Below are positions 63,936 through 64,000 of a DNA stretch of 64,000 bases, one piece after another (position 1 is the first letter of the stretch; every line of letters starts with the position of its first letter). The notes under the pieces are model-generated. The model ran no database searches, was not told where the DNA came from, and worked only from the letters and a program-made list of their open reading frames with translations. Source of the DNA: Octopus bimaculoides (taxonomy: Eukaryota); the NCBI RefSeq assembly GCF_001194135.2, contig NC_068995.1, positions 33,145,489-33,209,488 on the forward strand, written 5' to 3'. The position numbers and the translations under genes were made by a program.

Positions 63936-64000
63936 TGCAGTTTGGGTTCGTGCCAGGTAAAAGCACTACTGATGCCTTATTTCTAGTGAGACAGCTGCAG

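Overview
AT-rich, repeat-saturated eukaryotic genomic DNA with ten N-gaps (about 6684-7264, 8605-9112, 9921-10751, 29270-29279, 30329-30511, 32463-32734, 34228-34587, 40575-40910, 54598-55051, 55918-56551). It is probably cephalopod (octopus-like); this is inferred from the repeat landscape and a cytb NUMT that fits the invertebrate mitochondrial code. No intact multi-exon gene could be assembled or named. There are only a CpG-enriched promoter-like patch near 48.7-49.0 kb and several short candidate exons. Most of the window is decayed TE material: RTE LINEs and their 3' tails, R4/Dong, an L1/Tx1 ORF1, a CR1-like end, Penelope RT and GIY-YIG relics, Tc1/mariner (DD37D), Merlin, hAT and piggyBac-type MITEs, Helitrons and three tRNA-derived SINE families. 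The most striking unexplained signal is a set of minimal type I hammerhead ribozymes (HHRs) with different sequences: four with an intact or near-intact core and three degenerate or partial motifs. Several sit next to, or inside, long fold-back hairpins, and one follows a head-to-head tRNA-promoter palindrome. All calls were made by eye; no folding, alignment or database search was run.
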